Assembly (NCBI GenBank): GCA_049320885.1
Contig: JBMORA010000035.1
Location: 1-64,000, forward strand
Direction: 5' to 3'
Source of the DNA: Thermodesulfobacteriota bacterium
Lineage (GTDB): Bacteria > Desulfobacterota > Desulfobacteria > Desulfobacterales > SURF-7
DNA length: 64,000 bases
Below are positions 9,469-18,749 of this stretch, piece by piece. Both the position numbers and the translations under genes were made by a program. The notes under the pieces were generated by a model. The model saw only the letters and a list, made by a program, of their open reading frames with translations. It was not told where the DNA came from and did not search any database. The stretch's first letter is position 1, and every line of letters begins with the position of its first letter.

Positions 9469-10974
9469 ATGACATCATTATTCCGAGCGCCGTACATTGT
9501 ATTGCTGCTGCTGGGACTCTGCCTGTCCTCGCCGCTCCCATCGGCCGCCGGGGAAGATATCCGCAAACCGGTGTGGGCCGGCAAATTCTATCCGGACTCG
9601 CCGGAGGAGTTGACCCGTGTCATCCGGGAGACCACCGACCTGGCAGGCAAAACCAACGTGCGGATACCCGCCGGAAAAAACCTGAAGGCCCTGATCCTGC
9701 CGCATGCCGGATACGTCTATTCAGGTCTGACGGCGGCGCACGCCTCGTTGGTGCTGCGGGAACAACAGTTCAAAAAGGTCATTCTCATGGGACCGGACCA
9801 CCGTATCGGGTTTGCCGGTTGCGCCGTGAGCGCGGCCCGGGTCTGGGAATCGCCCCTGGGAAGGGTTCCCCTGCATGCGGACGCCGAAAAGCTGCTCCGG
9901 CAGAGCCAGCTTTTCAGGTCCCTGCCGGAATCCGATGGACAGGAACATTCCCTGGAAGTGGTCCTGCCGTTTTTACAGGTATATCTGAAAACGTTTCAGC
10001 TGGTTCCCGTGGTGGTGAGCGGCGTCCGCGACCGGGATGGAATCCGGACGGCGGTTGAAGGCATCATCGACGGGGAAACGCTGCTGGTGGTCAGTTCGGA
10101 TTTGTCCCATTTCCTGTCCTATGAAGCGGCGCGGGAAAAGGACGAGGAAACCATCCGGTTGATCATCGGACTCCAGTCGGAAGAACTGCTGAAGCGGGAA
10201 AATGCTGCCTGCGGTGCACTGCCCATCGCACTGTTGCTCGATACAGCCCGGCGGCATGACTGGCAACCGTTGCTGCTACATTATTGCAACAGCGGAGATA
10301 CGGCGGGGGACCGGTCCCGGGTGGTCGGTTACGCCGCCATCGCTTTTTATGAAGAGGGGGTTATGAAGAAGAAAAAAACTGGAAATTCGGCTCAGAAATT
10401 CAATCAGAAACAAGGTCAGGCCCTGGTGTCCCTCGCCCGCAGAACATTGCTGGAGAGGTTCGGCCGGAAGATGGATGAAACAGCGGCCGAGGAAATGGAA
10501 AAGCAGCTGGCGGATCGCAAATTCTCCGAAAACCTGGCCAATTTTGTAACCCTCAACAAAGAGGGACAATTGCGGGGCTGCATCGGCAGCCTGACCGGCA
10601 CGGAACCGCTGTTGGAAGGCATTCGGCGCAATGCCCTGAATGCCGCCTTCAATGACCATCGCTTCCCGCCCCTTTCCGAAGAGGAGCTGGAAACGGTGGA
10701 CATCGAGGTGAGCATCCTGACCGAAGCCAAACCGCTGGAATATCAGAACGGCGAGGATTTGATGGCCAAGCTGCGTCCCAATGTGGACGGGGTCATTATC
10801 CGTAAAGGCGCCGCCAGGGCCACTTTCCTGCCCCAGGTATGGGAGCAGCTGCCGCAGCCGGAGGACTTTCTGGCGCATTTATGCATGAAAGCCGGACTTT
10901 CAGGGGATGCCTGGCAGAATACGAAACTGGAAGTCTTGACTTACCAGGTTCAATACTTTGAAGAAAAGAAATGA
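9469..10974 (+). CDS. amrB: AmmeMemoRadiSam protein B (MEMO1-like) fused to protein A (AMMECR1-like)
   Basis: MEMO motifs AGKFYP, PHAGYVYSG, EHSLEV, SSDLSH; AMMECR1 motifs LRGCIG, DHRF, ATFLPQVW, LCMKAG. N-terminal hydrophobic signal-like segment. Confidence 0.88.
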   Translation: MTSLFRAPYIVLLLLGLCLSSPLPSAAGEDIRKPVWAGKFYPDSPEELTRVIRETTDLAGKTNVRIPAGKNLKALILPHAGYVYSGLTAAHASLVLREQQFKKVILMGPDHRIGFAGCAVSAARVWESPLGRVPLHADAEKLLRQSQLFRSLPESDGQEHSLEVVLPFLQVYLKTFQLVPVVVSGVRDRDGIRTAVEGIIDGETLLVVSSDLSHFLSYEAAREKDEETIRLIIGLQSEELLKRENAACGALPIALLLDTARRHDWQPLLLHYCNSGDTAGDRSRVVGYAAIAFYEEGVMKKKKTGNSAQKFNQKQGQALVSLARRTLLERFGRKMDETAAEEMEKQLADRKFSENLANFVTLNKEGQLRGCIGSLTGTEPLLEGIRRNALNAAFNDHRFPPLSEEELETVDIEVSILTEAKPLEYQNGEDLMAKLRPNVDGVIIRKGAARATFLPQVWEQLPQPEDFLAHLCMKAGLSGDAWQNTKLEVLTYQVQYFEEKK

Positions 10975-13081
10975 GCATGCCGTAATCCGGGTCGTCATTG
11001 TCACCGGGATCGCTTCCGTGGTGACCCAGCTCCTGACCATTCGGGAATTCCTGGCGCAATTCAAGGGCAATGAATACGTCATCGCCCTGATTCTTTTCAG
11101 CTGGTTGATGTTGGGCGGCCTGGGTACACTGACGGCCAATACCGCCGCGCGCATGGGCCTGCGGGCCACGACCGCCCGCCTGGGTGGTCTGAGCATCCTC
11201 CTGGCCGCCCTGGCCGCCGTCCAGCTTCTCCTGATCCGCGGCCTGCGGGACATGGTTTTCATCCACGGCAGCTCCGTCGGTTTCTATCCCACTTTTTTTT
11301 TCATTTTCAGCCTGGTTTCACCCTACGGCCTGCTGGTGGGCTTTCTGCTGCCCTACAGCCTGTTCGTGCTGCGCGGCGTGCGGCCGGATTTTGCGGCGGC
11401 GAACATCTACATCGCCGACAACCTGGGGGATGTGGCCGGCGGGGCTTTGTTTTCGTTCGTCCTGGTGGTCCTGCTGTCTCCCCTGAAAGCCGCCGGACTG
11501 TCGGGGGCCCTGCTGGTCATGGCAGCCCTGCCCCTGTTCCGGGATACCATGTGGCGGGCCGTGTACGGGTTTCTGGGCGCCTGCGCGGCCGTATCCGTGC
11601 TGGCGCTGGGTATCTGGATGGAGCGGGACAGCCTGGCGCCGTCCGAAGGCGAGCTGGTGTATTACCAGGAATCCCGGTACGGCCGGATCGCCGTTCATCG
11701 GTCGGCGGAGCAGGTCACCCTGTTTTCCGACGGCACCCCGCTGTTCAGCAACCAGAACCTGGTGGCGGCGGAGGAGGCCGTTCACTATCCCCTTTCCCAG
11801 ATCGAGAAGGTGGAAAATCTCCTGGTGATTTCCTCCGAAGGCGGCATGATGGCGGAAATCGCCAAATACAACCCCAGGACCGTGGACCTGGTGGAACTGG
11901 ACCCGGAAATTTCCAAGGTTCTGTTGCGGTTCGGTCTCATCGAATCCATCCCGGGCATGGAGGTGATTCACCAGGACGGGCGTGCCTATCTGCGGGACAC
12001 CCGGAAACGCTATGACGCCGTTATCCTCAACCTGCCGGAACCGGAAACCTTCCAGCTCAACCGGTTCTACACCGAGGAATTTTTCAGCCTGGTGAAGCGT
12101 CGGCTCGCGCCGGGAGGAATTTTCAGCTTCACCATGGAAGGATACGATAATTATGTTTCCGATTCCCAGCGCCGCCAGCTGTCCTCTCTGTATCACAGCG
12201 CCAAAAGCAGTTTCGGGCACGTGCGGATGTTGCCCGGCCAGCGGATTTTCTTCCTGTGCAGCGACCGGGATATCCGCACCGACATCCCGGCGCTTCTGGC
12301 CCGGCGGTCGATCCAGACCGAATACATCAGCCGTTATTTCGCCGGCAACCTGACTGGGGAGCGGATCGAGGAACTTAACGCCTTGGTGGACCCGGACACC
12401 CCCAAAAACCGGGATGCCGAACCCATCCTGCTGCGCTATCTGTTCAGCGGCTGGTTCGATCAATACGCCACCTCGCCCCTGGGTTTTTTCGTCGGCTTCG
12501 CCGTGTTGTCTCTGGTCTATCTCCGGCGCCTGCATGCCGAGGAGCTGGTGCTGTTTACCAGCGGCTGCATGGGCATGGGATTCGAGCTCCTGGTGATATT
12601 CGCCTTCCAGATTTATTTCGGCTATATTTATCACCGCATCGGGCTGATCGTGACGGTTTTCCTCGCCGGATTGCTTCCCGGCGCCTGGCTGGGCGTTCGC
12701 CTGCAGGGCCGGGGGCGGGCCGTGCTTGTTTCCACCGATATCATGCTTATCCTGATGACAGCCCTTTTCATCATCGTGATCCGGAGCGGATGGGAAAGCC
12801 CGCCCGAATGGCTCTTCCTGGTCATGGGGTTTGCGGTCTCCCTGGCCTGCGGTTGTCAGGTGCCGGCGGTCATCCATCTCCGCGGCGGCGATAACCCGGC
12901 CGCCGCCAGGTCGTTCTCCGCCGACCTGATGGGCGCGGCCTGCGGCGCGCTGCTGACCAGCGTGACCCTGATTCCCTATCTGGGAGTGAGCATGGCCGCC
13001 TGCGGCTTGATCGTCCTGAAATGTCTGAGCCTGGCGCTTTCGGTAAGGGAACGGGGCAGGAGGGGTGCATGGGACGGATAA
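10958..13081 (+). CDS. Membrane protein with central spermidine synthase-like domain (fused MFS/SpeE type)
   Basis: TM bundle; ESRYGRI, EEAVHYP, VELDPEI, QDGRAYL, YDAVILNLPEP, NRFYTEEFF; second TM bundle. Confidence 0.8.
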   Translation: MKKRNEHAVIRVVIVTGIASVVTQLLTIREFLAQFKGNEYVIALILFSWLMLGGLGTLTANTAARMGLRATTARLGGLSILLAALAAVQLLLIRGLRDMVFIHGSSVGFYPTFFFIFSLVSPYGLLVGFLLPYSLFVLRGVRPDFAAANIYIADNLGDVAGGALFSFVLVVLLSPLKAAGLSGALLVMAALPLFRDTMWRAVYGFLGACAAVSVLALGIWMERDSLAPSEGELVYYQESRYGRIAVHRSAEQVTLFSDGTPLFSNQNLVAAEEAVHYPLSQIEKVENLLVISSEGGMMAEIAKYNPRTVDLVELDPEISKVLLRFGLIESIPGMEVIHQDGRAYLRDTRKRYDAVILNLPEPETFQLNRFYTEEFFSLVKRRLAPGGIFSFTMEGYDNYVSDSQRRQLSSLYHSAKSSFGHVRMLPGQRIFFLCSDRDIRTDIPALLARRSIQTEYISRYFAGNLTGERIEELNALVDPDTPKNRDAEPILLRYLFSGWFDQYATSPLGFFVGFAVLSLVYLRRLHAEELVLFTSGCMGMGFELLVIFAFQIYFGYIYHRIGLIVTVFLAGLLPGAWLGVRLQGRGRAVLVSTDIMLILMTALFIIVIRSGWESPPEWLFLVMGFAVSLACGCQVPAVIHLRGGDNPAAARSFSADLMGAACGALLTSVTLIPYLGVSMAACGLIVLKCLSLALSVRERGRRGAWDG

Positions 13082-14277
13082 CCAGAAGACGATTCTTATC
13101 GGGTTGCGCGGCCTGTCTTTGCTGCCAGGCGTTTCCGGAACCGGCCGGCGCTTTTTGGCCATTTGGAAAAAAGCGGAAAACACCGGGGGGGGAGGAAGAT
13201 GTCACCGGCCGCGTGTTTTCGGGAGATGCGCCGGAAAGCCCCTGGAAGTGGTCCCATGAAGGCGCTTTCTACACCAAGATGTTCGACCACAAAGTGGTGT
13301 GCGGCATCTGTCCCCACAAATGCGTCCTGTCCCCCGGCGACCGGAGCTTGTGCCGGTCGCGGGTCAATATCGGCGGAGTGCTGTACAGTCTTACCTACGG
13401 AAATCCATGCTCCGTGAACATCGATCCCATCGAGAAAAAGCCCCTGTTTCATTTCATGCCCCGGACCACATCCTTTTCCATTGCCTGCGCCGGCTGCAAT
13501 TTTCGCTGCCTGAACTGTCAGAACTGGGAAATCTCCCAGGCAAAACCCCATGAGGTGCGGCATACGGAGCTGTTTCCCGGCGAGGTAGTGGCGGCGGCCC
13601 GGCGGGCCGGGGCCGGAACCATCGCCTATACCTACTCGGAACCTATCACGTTTTATGAATACATGCTGGAAACCGCCCGGCTGGCCCGGGCGGAATCCAT
13701 CCGGAATGTTTTGATTTCGGCGGGATATATCAATGAAGAACCCCTGCTGAATCTGTGCCGCTACCTCGACGGCGCCAATATCAACCTCAAGTCCTTCAGC
13801 GACGGGATTTACCGCAAGCTCAACGGCGGGAGACTCGATCCGGTCCTCAAGACCTTCAAGACCCTGCACGCCCAAAAAGTCCATTTCGAGATGACCAACC
13901 TGGTGGTCCCGGGGTATGTGGATGATCCGGAAATGGTGAAACGCATGTGCGCCTGGATTCTGGACAACCTGGGCCCGGACAACCCGTTGCATTTCATCCG
14001 GTTTTTCCCCAAGTACAAGCTCGACCGGCTGCCGCCCACGCCGGTCTCCACCCTCACCCGGTTCCGCGAGCTGGCCATGCAGGCCGGGATCCGCTATGTC
14101 TATGTCGGCAATGTGCCCGGCCACGAAGGCCATCACACCTATTGCCATGCCTGCGGGAAGCTCCTTATCCGGCGGGAAGGCTATTTTATCCCCGAGTACA
14201 ACCTGTCGGGCCATCAGTGCCGGTTCTGCCGGGAGGTTATTCCCGGGGTCTGGCCCGGCGAGCCTTCGACCGGTTAG
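13069..14277 (+). CDS. amrS: AmmeMemoRadiSam radical SAM enzyme with Tat-like signal
   Basis: CGICPHKC, DPIEKKPLFHF, CNFRCLNCQNWEISQ (CxxxCxxC), YTYSEP; N-terminus MGRITRRRFLSG. Confidence 0.93.
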   Translation: MGRITRRRFLSGCAACLCCQAFPEPAGAFWPFGKKRKTPGGEEDVTGRVFSGDAPESPWKWSHEGAFYTKMFDHKVVCGICPHKCVLSPGDRSLCRSRVNIGGVLYSLTYGNPCSVNIDPIEKKPLFHFMPRTTSFSIACAGCNFRCLNCQNWEISQAKPHEVRHTELFPGEVVAAARRAGAGTIAYTYSEPITFYEYMLETARLARAESIRNVLISAGYINEEPLLNLCRYLDGANINLKSFSDGIYRKLNGGRLDPVLKTFKTLHAQKVHFEMTNLVVPGYVDDPEMVKRMCAWILDNLGPDNPLHFIRFFPKYKLDRLPPTPVSTLTRFRELAMQAGIRYVYVGNVPGHEGHHTYCHACGKLLIRREGYFIPEYNLSGHQCRFCREVIPGVWPGEPSTG

Positions 14278-14295
14278 CTGTTCGACACCTTTTGA

Positions 14296-15228
14296 TCAGG
14301 TCGGGTCCGGACTTTCCTCCCGGGGCCAGATCATGGAGGCGCCGATGGAAAGGGTCAGCACGCCGGCGATCACCCCCAGGGAAATGACGATGGGGATATG
14401 CAGGAAATTGGAGATCAGCATCTTGATCCCAACGAATCCCAGCACCACCACCAGGCCGTACTGCAGGTAATGGAACAGCCGCATCATGCCGGACAGGGCG
14501 AAAAACAGGGAGCGGAGGCCCAGGATGGCGAAAACATTGGAGGTGTAAACGATGAAGGGATCCTGGGTCACGGAAAGCACGGCGGGAATCGAGTCCACGG
14601 CGAAAATCAGGTCGGTGGTTTCCAGCACGACGACGACGGCCATCAGCGGCGTGATGTGGAGGACGCCGTTTTTCCGGATGAAGAACCGTCCGCTCTCGAT
14701 ATTGTTATCCACCGGGATGATTTTTTTCAGAAGGAGCAGCACGGGATTTTTATCCGGATGGATTTCCTTGTCTTTTTCCAGGGCCATCTTGATGGCGGTG
14801 TAGACGAGAAAGGCGCCGAAAACGTAAATGATCCAGTGGAAACGGTTGATCAGGGCCACGCCGAGACCGATGAAGATCGCCCGCATGACCAGGGCACCGA
14901 GGATCCCCCAGAAGAGGAGCTTGTGCTCGTAGATGGCGGGGACATTGAAATAGCGGAAAATGAGGAGGAAAACGAAAAGGTTGTCCATGCTCAGGGACTC
15001 CTCGATGAGGTACCCCGCGAGGAATTCCAGGGCCTTTTGTTGTCCTTTGAAATAATAGACACCGCCGCAGAAAATCATGGCCAGGCTCACCCAGAAAGCG
15101 GTCCAGAGCAACGCTTCCTTGACCTTGACGGCGTGAACCTTGCGGTTGAAGACCCCGAGGTCCAGGGCCAGCATGCAAAGAACGAAAAGGATGAATCCTC
15201 CCCATATGAACACATTCGTATCGATCAT
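14296..15228 (-). CDS. TerC/Alx family membrane protein
   Basis: GYLIEESLSMDNLFVF, ETTDLIFAVDSIPA, YTSNVFAILGLRSLFF. Confidence 0.93.
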   Translation of the reverse strand: MIDTNVFIWGGFILFVLCMLALDLGVFNRKVHAVKVKEALLWTAFWVSLAMIFCGGVYYFKGQQKALEFLAGYLIEESLSMDNLFVFLLIFRYFNVPAIYEHKLLFWGILGALVMRAIFIGLGVALINRFHWIIYVFGAFLVYTAIKMALEKDKEIHPDKNPVLLLLKKIIPVDNNIESGRFFIRKNGVLHITPLMAVVVVLETTDLIFAVDSIPAVLSVTQDPFIVYTSNVFAILGLRSLFFALSGMMRLFHYLQYGLVVVLGFVGIKMLISNFLHIPIVISLGVIAGVLTLSIGASMIWPREESPDPT

Positions 15229-15357
15229 GGTCCCTCGCTTTTTCCGTTCGTTTCCACCAAGCATAGGGGTATATGCGAAGGGTATTGGGGTGTCAAGACG
15301 ATTTTGCCCCCTTGACGGGATCCGAAAAATATGTCCAATCCCGGGTTTGAAAAAAAC

Positions 15358-15406
15358 TTGACAACCGTGGCGCGTTACTTTATCAATACTTAAGGAGATT
15401 AAGTAT
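15358..15406 (+). promoter_or_regulatory. Promoter and palindromic operator upstream of the XRE-cupin gene
   Basis: TTGACA at 15358; perfect IR ATACTTAA-GGAGA-TTAAGTAT (15386-15406) enclosing the SD sequence. Confidence 0.6.
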
Positions 15407-15408
15407 AA

Positions 15409-15993
15409 TTGAAGAACGAGCCGCGGCATAAATTCGGGGACAAGCTGAGGCGGGTCCGGGAGCGCAAGGGGGTCACCCTCAAGTCCGTTGCCCGGACAGC
15501 CCGGGTGAGCGAGAGCCTGGTTTCCCAGATCGAGTGCAACAAGGTGTCGCCCTCCATCGATACCCTGATGGCCCTGGCCGATGCCCTGGATCTGGATCCG
15601 GAATACCTGTTCCGGGATTTCAAGAAGAACAAGCGGGTGGAAATCCTGCGCAAGGCGGAGCAGCGCAGCATCCGGCAGGCGGAGGTGACCTACCGCCAAT
15701 TGTCCCTGACTCCCGAACCGTCGGAAAAGTTCAGCGTCGAGGCATATTTACTGGAAATCCCGCCGGGCGGTGAAAAAGGGGACACGGAATACGGGCATGC
15801 GGGCAAGGAATTGGGGATTCTTCTGGAAGGCAGCGGGGAACTCTTTTATGGAACCCAGACCTTCCTGCTGGAGAGCGGCGACAGCGTTTCCTTCCCTTCC
15901 GATATCCCCCATGTCCTGCGCAATACGGGCCGGTCGATCCTGAAAGCCATCTGGATCGTGACCCCGCCGCGGAGGATGTTCGCCGGCAGTTGA
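15409..15993 (+). CDS. XRE-family HTH regulator with cupin domain
   Basis: HTH (SESLVSQIECNKVSPSIDTL) plus cupin (HAGKE...FPSDIPH); TTG start. Confidence 0.9.
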   Translation: MKNEPRHKFGDKLRRVRERKGVTLKSVARTARVSESLVSQIECNKVSPSIDTLMALADALDLDPEYLFRDFKKNKRVEILRKAEQRSIRQAEVTYRQLSLTPEPSEKFSVEAYLLEIPPGGEKGDTEYGHAGKELGILLEGSGELFYGTQTFLLESGDSVSFPSDIPHVLRNTGRSILKAIWIVTPPRRMFAGS

Positions 15994-16029
15994 ACGATTT
16001 CATATCAGGGAGGAGCAAGAGGAGACATC

Positions 16030-17331
16030 ATGGGGAAAACCATCGCTGAAAAAATTTTTGACGCCCACCAGGTGAACAACCCGGCCGGCGACATTCGCGT
16101 CATCCGGCTGGATGCGGTGTTTTGTCATGAAATCACCACGCCGGTGGCCATCAATGACCTGGTCCGGCGCGGCAAGGACCGGGTTTTCGACGCCGGGAGA
16201 ATCAAGGCCGTCATCGACCATGTCACTCCGGCCAAGGATTCCAAAACCGCCGAGCAGGGAAAAATCGTCCGGGATTGGGCCGGCCGCCACGGCATCCGGG
16301 ATTTTTTCGATATCGGCCGCAACGGCGTCTGCCACGCCCTGTTCCCAGAAAAAGGATTTGTCCGGCCGGGGTATACCATCATCATGGGCGATTCCCATAC
16401 CTGCACCCACGGCGCTTTCGGCGCCTTTGCCGCCGGTGTGGGCACCACCGATCTGGAAGTGGGGATCCTCAAGGGCGTTTGCGCCTTCCAGCATCCCCGC
16501 AGCATGCGGATCGAGGTCAACGGCAGCCTGCCCGCGGGAGTCTTCGCCAAGGACGTCATTCTGGCCGTCATCGGCCGCATCGGGGTGAACGGCGCCACCA
16601 ACCGGGTGATCGAATTCACCGGACCCGTGGTTTCGGCCATGAGCATGGAGGCCCGCATGACCCTCTGCAATATGGCGGTGGAGGCCGGCGCCACCTGCGG
16701 CGTCTGCTTCCCGGACAGGACCACCGTCGATTATCTCTGGCCGTTCATCCAGGACGAATTCAGCGGCAAGGAGGCGGCCCTTGCGGCCTATCAGGTCTGG
16801 ATTTCCGACCCCGACGCCGTGTACGAGGAGCGCCTGGCGCTGGATGTCGGCGATCTCGCCCCCCAGACGACCTTCGGCTACAAGCCGGACCAGGTCAAGC
16901 CCGTATCCGAAATGGAGGGCACGCGCATCGACCAGGTGTATATCGGTTCCTGCACCAACGGCCGCATCGAGGATCTGCGGGTGGCGGCGCGGATCCTGAA
17001 GGGCGGGCGGATCAAGGATTCGGTGCGCGGGATCGTGTCCCCCGCCACGCCGGACATTTACCGCCAGGCCCTGGCGGAAGGCATCATTCAGGTTTTCATG
17101 GACGCCGGTTTCTGCGTGACCAACCCCACCTGCGGGGCCTGCCTGGGGATGAGCAACGGGGTGCTCGCCCAGGGGGAGGTGTGCGCCTCCACCACCAATC
17201 GGAATTTCAACGGCCGCATGGGCAAGGGCGGGATGGTGCACCTGATGAGCCCGGCCACCGCCGCGGCCAGCGCCCTTGCGGGCCATATCACCAACTCGAT
17301 TCTGTATGACCGGAAGGAGCGACAGGCATGA
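16030..17331 (+). CDS. leuC: 3-isopropylmalate dehydratase large subunit (LeuC/HacA family)
   Basis: DSHTCTHGAFG, IGSCTNGRIEDL, CGACLG, STTNRNFNGRMG. Confidence 0.9.
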   Translation: MGKTIAEKIFDAHQVNNPAGDIRVIRLDAVFCHEITTPVAINDLVRRGKDRVFDAGRIKAVIDHVTPAKDSKTAEQGKIVRDWAGRHGIRDFFDIGRNGVCHALFPEKGFVRPGYTIIMGDSHTCTHGAFGAFAAGVGTTDLEVGILKGVCAFQHPRSMRIEVNGSLPAGVFAKDVILAVIGRIGVNGATNRVIEFTGPVVSAMSMEARMTLCNMAVEAGATCGVCFPDRTTVDYLWPFIQDEFSGKEAALAAYQVWISDPDAVYEERLALDVGDLAPQTTFGYKPDQVKPVSEMEGTRIDQVYIGSCTNGRIEDLRVAARILKGGRIKDSVRGIVSPATPDIYRQALAEGIIQVFMDAGFCVTNPTCGACLGMSNGVLAQGEVCASTTNRNFNGRMGKGGMVHLMSPATAAASALAGHITNSILYDRKERQA

Positions 17332-17852
17332 AACAGTTTGACGGCAAGGTCCTATTCCTGAACCGTGCGGATATCAACACGGACGAGATCATCCCGGCCA
17401 GATACCTGACGGAAATCACCAAAGAGGCGCTGAAACCCTATCTGCTGGAAGATTTGAAACTTCCCGGGTTCGACCCCGAAACCGGCATCGAAGGCCGGCA
17501 GGTGGTGATCACCCGGGCCAATTTCGGTTGCGGTTCCTCCCGGGAACACGCCCCCTGGGCCTTCGAGGTCAACGGCATCCACCTGATCATCGCGGAAAGT
17601 TTCGCCCGGATTTTCCGGCAGAACATGTTCAACTGCGGCATGCTGGCCCTGGAACTGCCCGGGGAAACCATCGACCGGATCTTCACGGAATTCGACAATC
17701 AGGAGACGTTCGTGCGCACCGATCTGAAGACCAACCGGATTTCCCTGCGGGCGGGGGAGAAACACCTGGACATTCCCTTCACCCTGGGGGAATTCGACCG
17801 TGCCCTGATCCAGGCCGGCGGGTGGGTGGAATACGCGGACGCCCATTACTGA
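17328..17852 (+). CDS. leuD: 3-isopropylmalate dehydratase small subunit
   Basis: DINTDEIIPARYL, NFGCGSSREHA. Confidence 0.9.
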   Translation: MKQFDGKVLFLNRADINTDEIIPARYLTEITKEALKPYLLEDLKLPGFDPETGIEGRQVVITRANFGCGSSREHAPWAFEVNGIHLIIAESFARIFRQNMFNCGMLALELPGETIDRIFTEFDNQETFVRTDLKTNRISLRAGEKHLDIPFTLGEFDRALIQAGGWVEYADAHY

Positions 17853-17870
17853 TGGCCTCCGGGGAGCCGC

Positions 17871-18662
17871 TCATGTCTTGAGGCAGCGCAGCTTGGCAAG
17901 GTCTTCCGCATATCCGTACAGATGCAGGCCCTTGCTTTCCACGAGCATCTCCCCGTCCTCCACGCCGATTTCGGCGGCCATGTATTCCTTGAGATTCTGG
18001 ATGCCGGCCAGATTGGCCGGCAATCCGCCCCACAAATCCCAGGAACGGAAATACACGAAAAACAACAGCCGTCCGTCCTGGATGCGGGTGTCGATGGAAC
18101 GGAGGCAGGGCGGGTCCACCAGGGCGAGATCCGACGGATGGGCGACCTGCAGCACCATCTGGTTGTTCCGGAAGCCGTGTTTCCGGTAGGTTTCGATGAT
18201 CCATTCGATCTGGTTGAGGTAGAGGACGCCGTTTTCCTCGAAGAGGATTTTCCCGTCGATTTCCCGCCGGTCGATGATGCCCGGCTGGCCGGCTTTCCAC
18301 CAGCCCAGCTTGTCTCCCGTTATGGGCGCGCGGGTCAGGCGTTCGCCGTAGGTGTAGGATTCGCCGGGTTCCTTATGGCCGGTCATGAGGTATTCGATAT
18401 AGGAGCGATCATAGCCCGCTCCGCCGTAGATGTAGGCTTCCTCCACGGGATTGGGGATGCCGCAGGCGGGGGGGATGTCCGGGATCAACGGTTTGGTACC
18501 CGGAAAAGCCACATGACCGATAAAATAGTCATACTCCAGCCGGGTCTGGCCGGCATATGAACCCCGGTCGATGGTGAAGCGCCGGCCGGATTCCAGGATG
18601 TCGTGCACGGCCTGGAACCACAGGTCCGGCAAATCCCGGGCGTCGATCCGATGAATGTTCAT
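17871..18662 (-). CDS. thyA: Thymidylate synthase (ThyA fold, archaeal-like subtype)
   Basis: YTYGERL, DPPCL (catalytic Cys), FRSWDLWGGLPAN, LHLY. Confidence 0.8.
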   Translation of the reverse strand: MNIHRIDARDLPDLWFQAVHDILESGRRFTIDRGSYAGQTRLEYDYFIGHVAFPGTKPLIPDIPPACGIPNPVEEAYIYGGAGYDRSYIEYLMTGHKEPGESYTYGERLTRAPITGDKLGWWKAGQPGIIDRREIDGKILFEENGVLYLNQIEWIIETYRKHGFRNNQMVLQVAHPSDLALVDPPCLRSIDTRIQDGRLLFFVYFRSWDLWGGLPANLAGIQNLKEYMAAEIGVEDGEMLVESKGLHLYGYAEDLAKLRCLKT

Positions 18663-18749
18663 GGCGGTACCGTTCCTCGCTTGTTGTCATGATAAAGGCT
18701 TCAAGGCCTTCGAAACCCCAAGAGCATATACCCCAGGGGGGGATTTTTG

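Noticed and set aside
15229..15400. yybP-ykoY riboswitch upstream of terC/alx
   Set aside because: No recognisable conserved core by eye; an Rfam search would be needed to exclude it fully.
17871..18662. Phage-type nucleotide hydroxymethylase
   Set aside because: It keeps the Asn of dUMP-specific enzymes (LPAN) and sits among housekeeping genes with no phage context.
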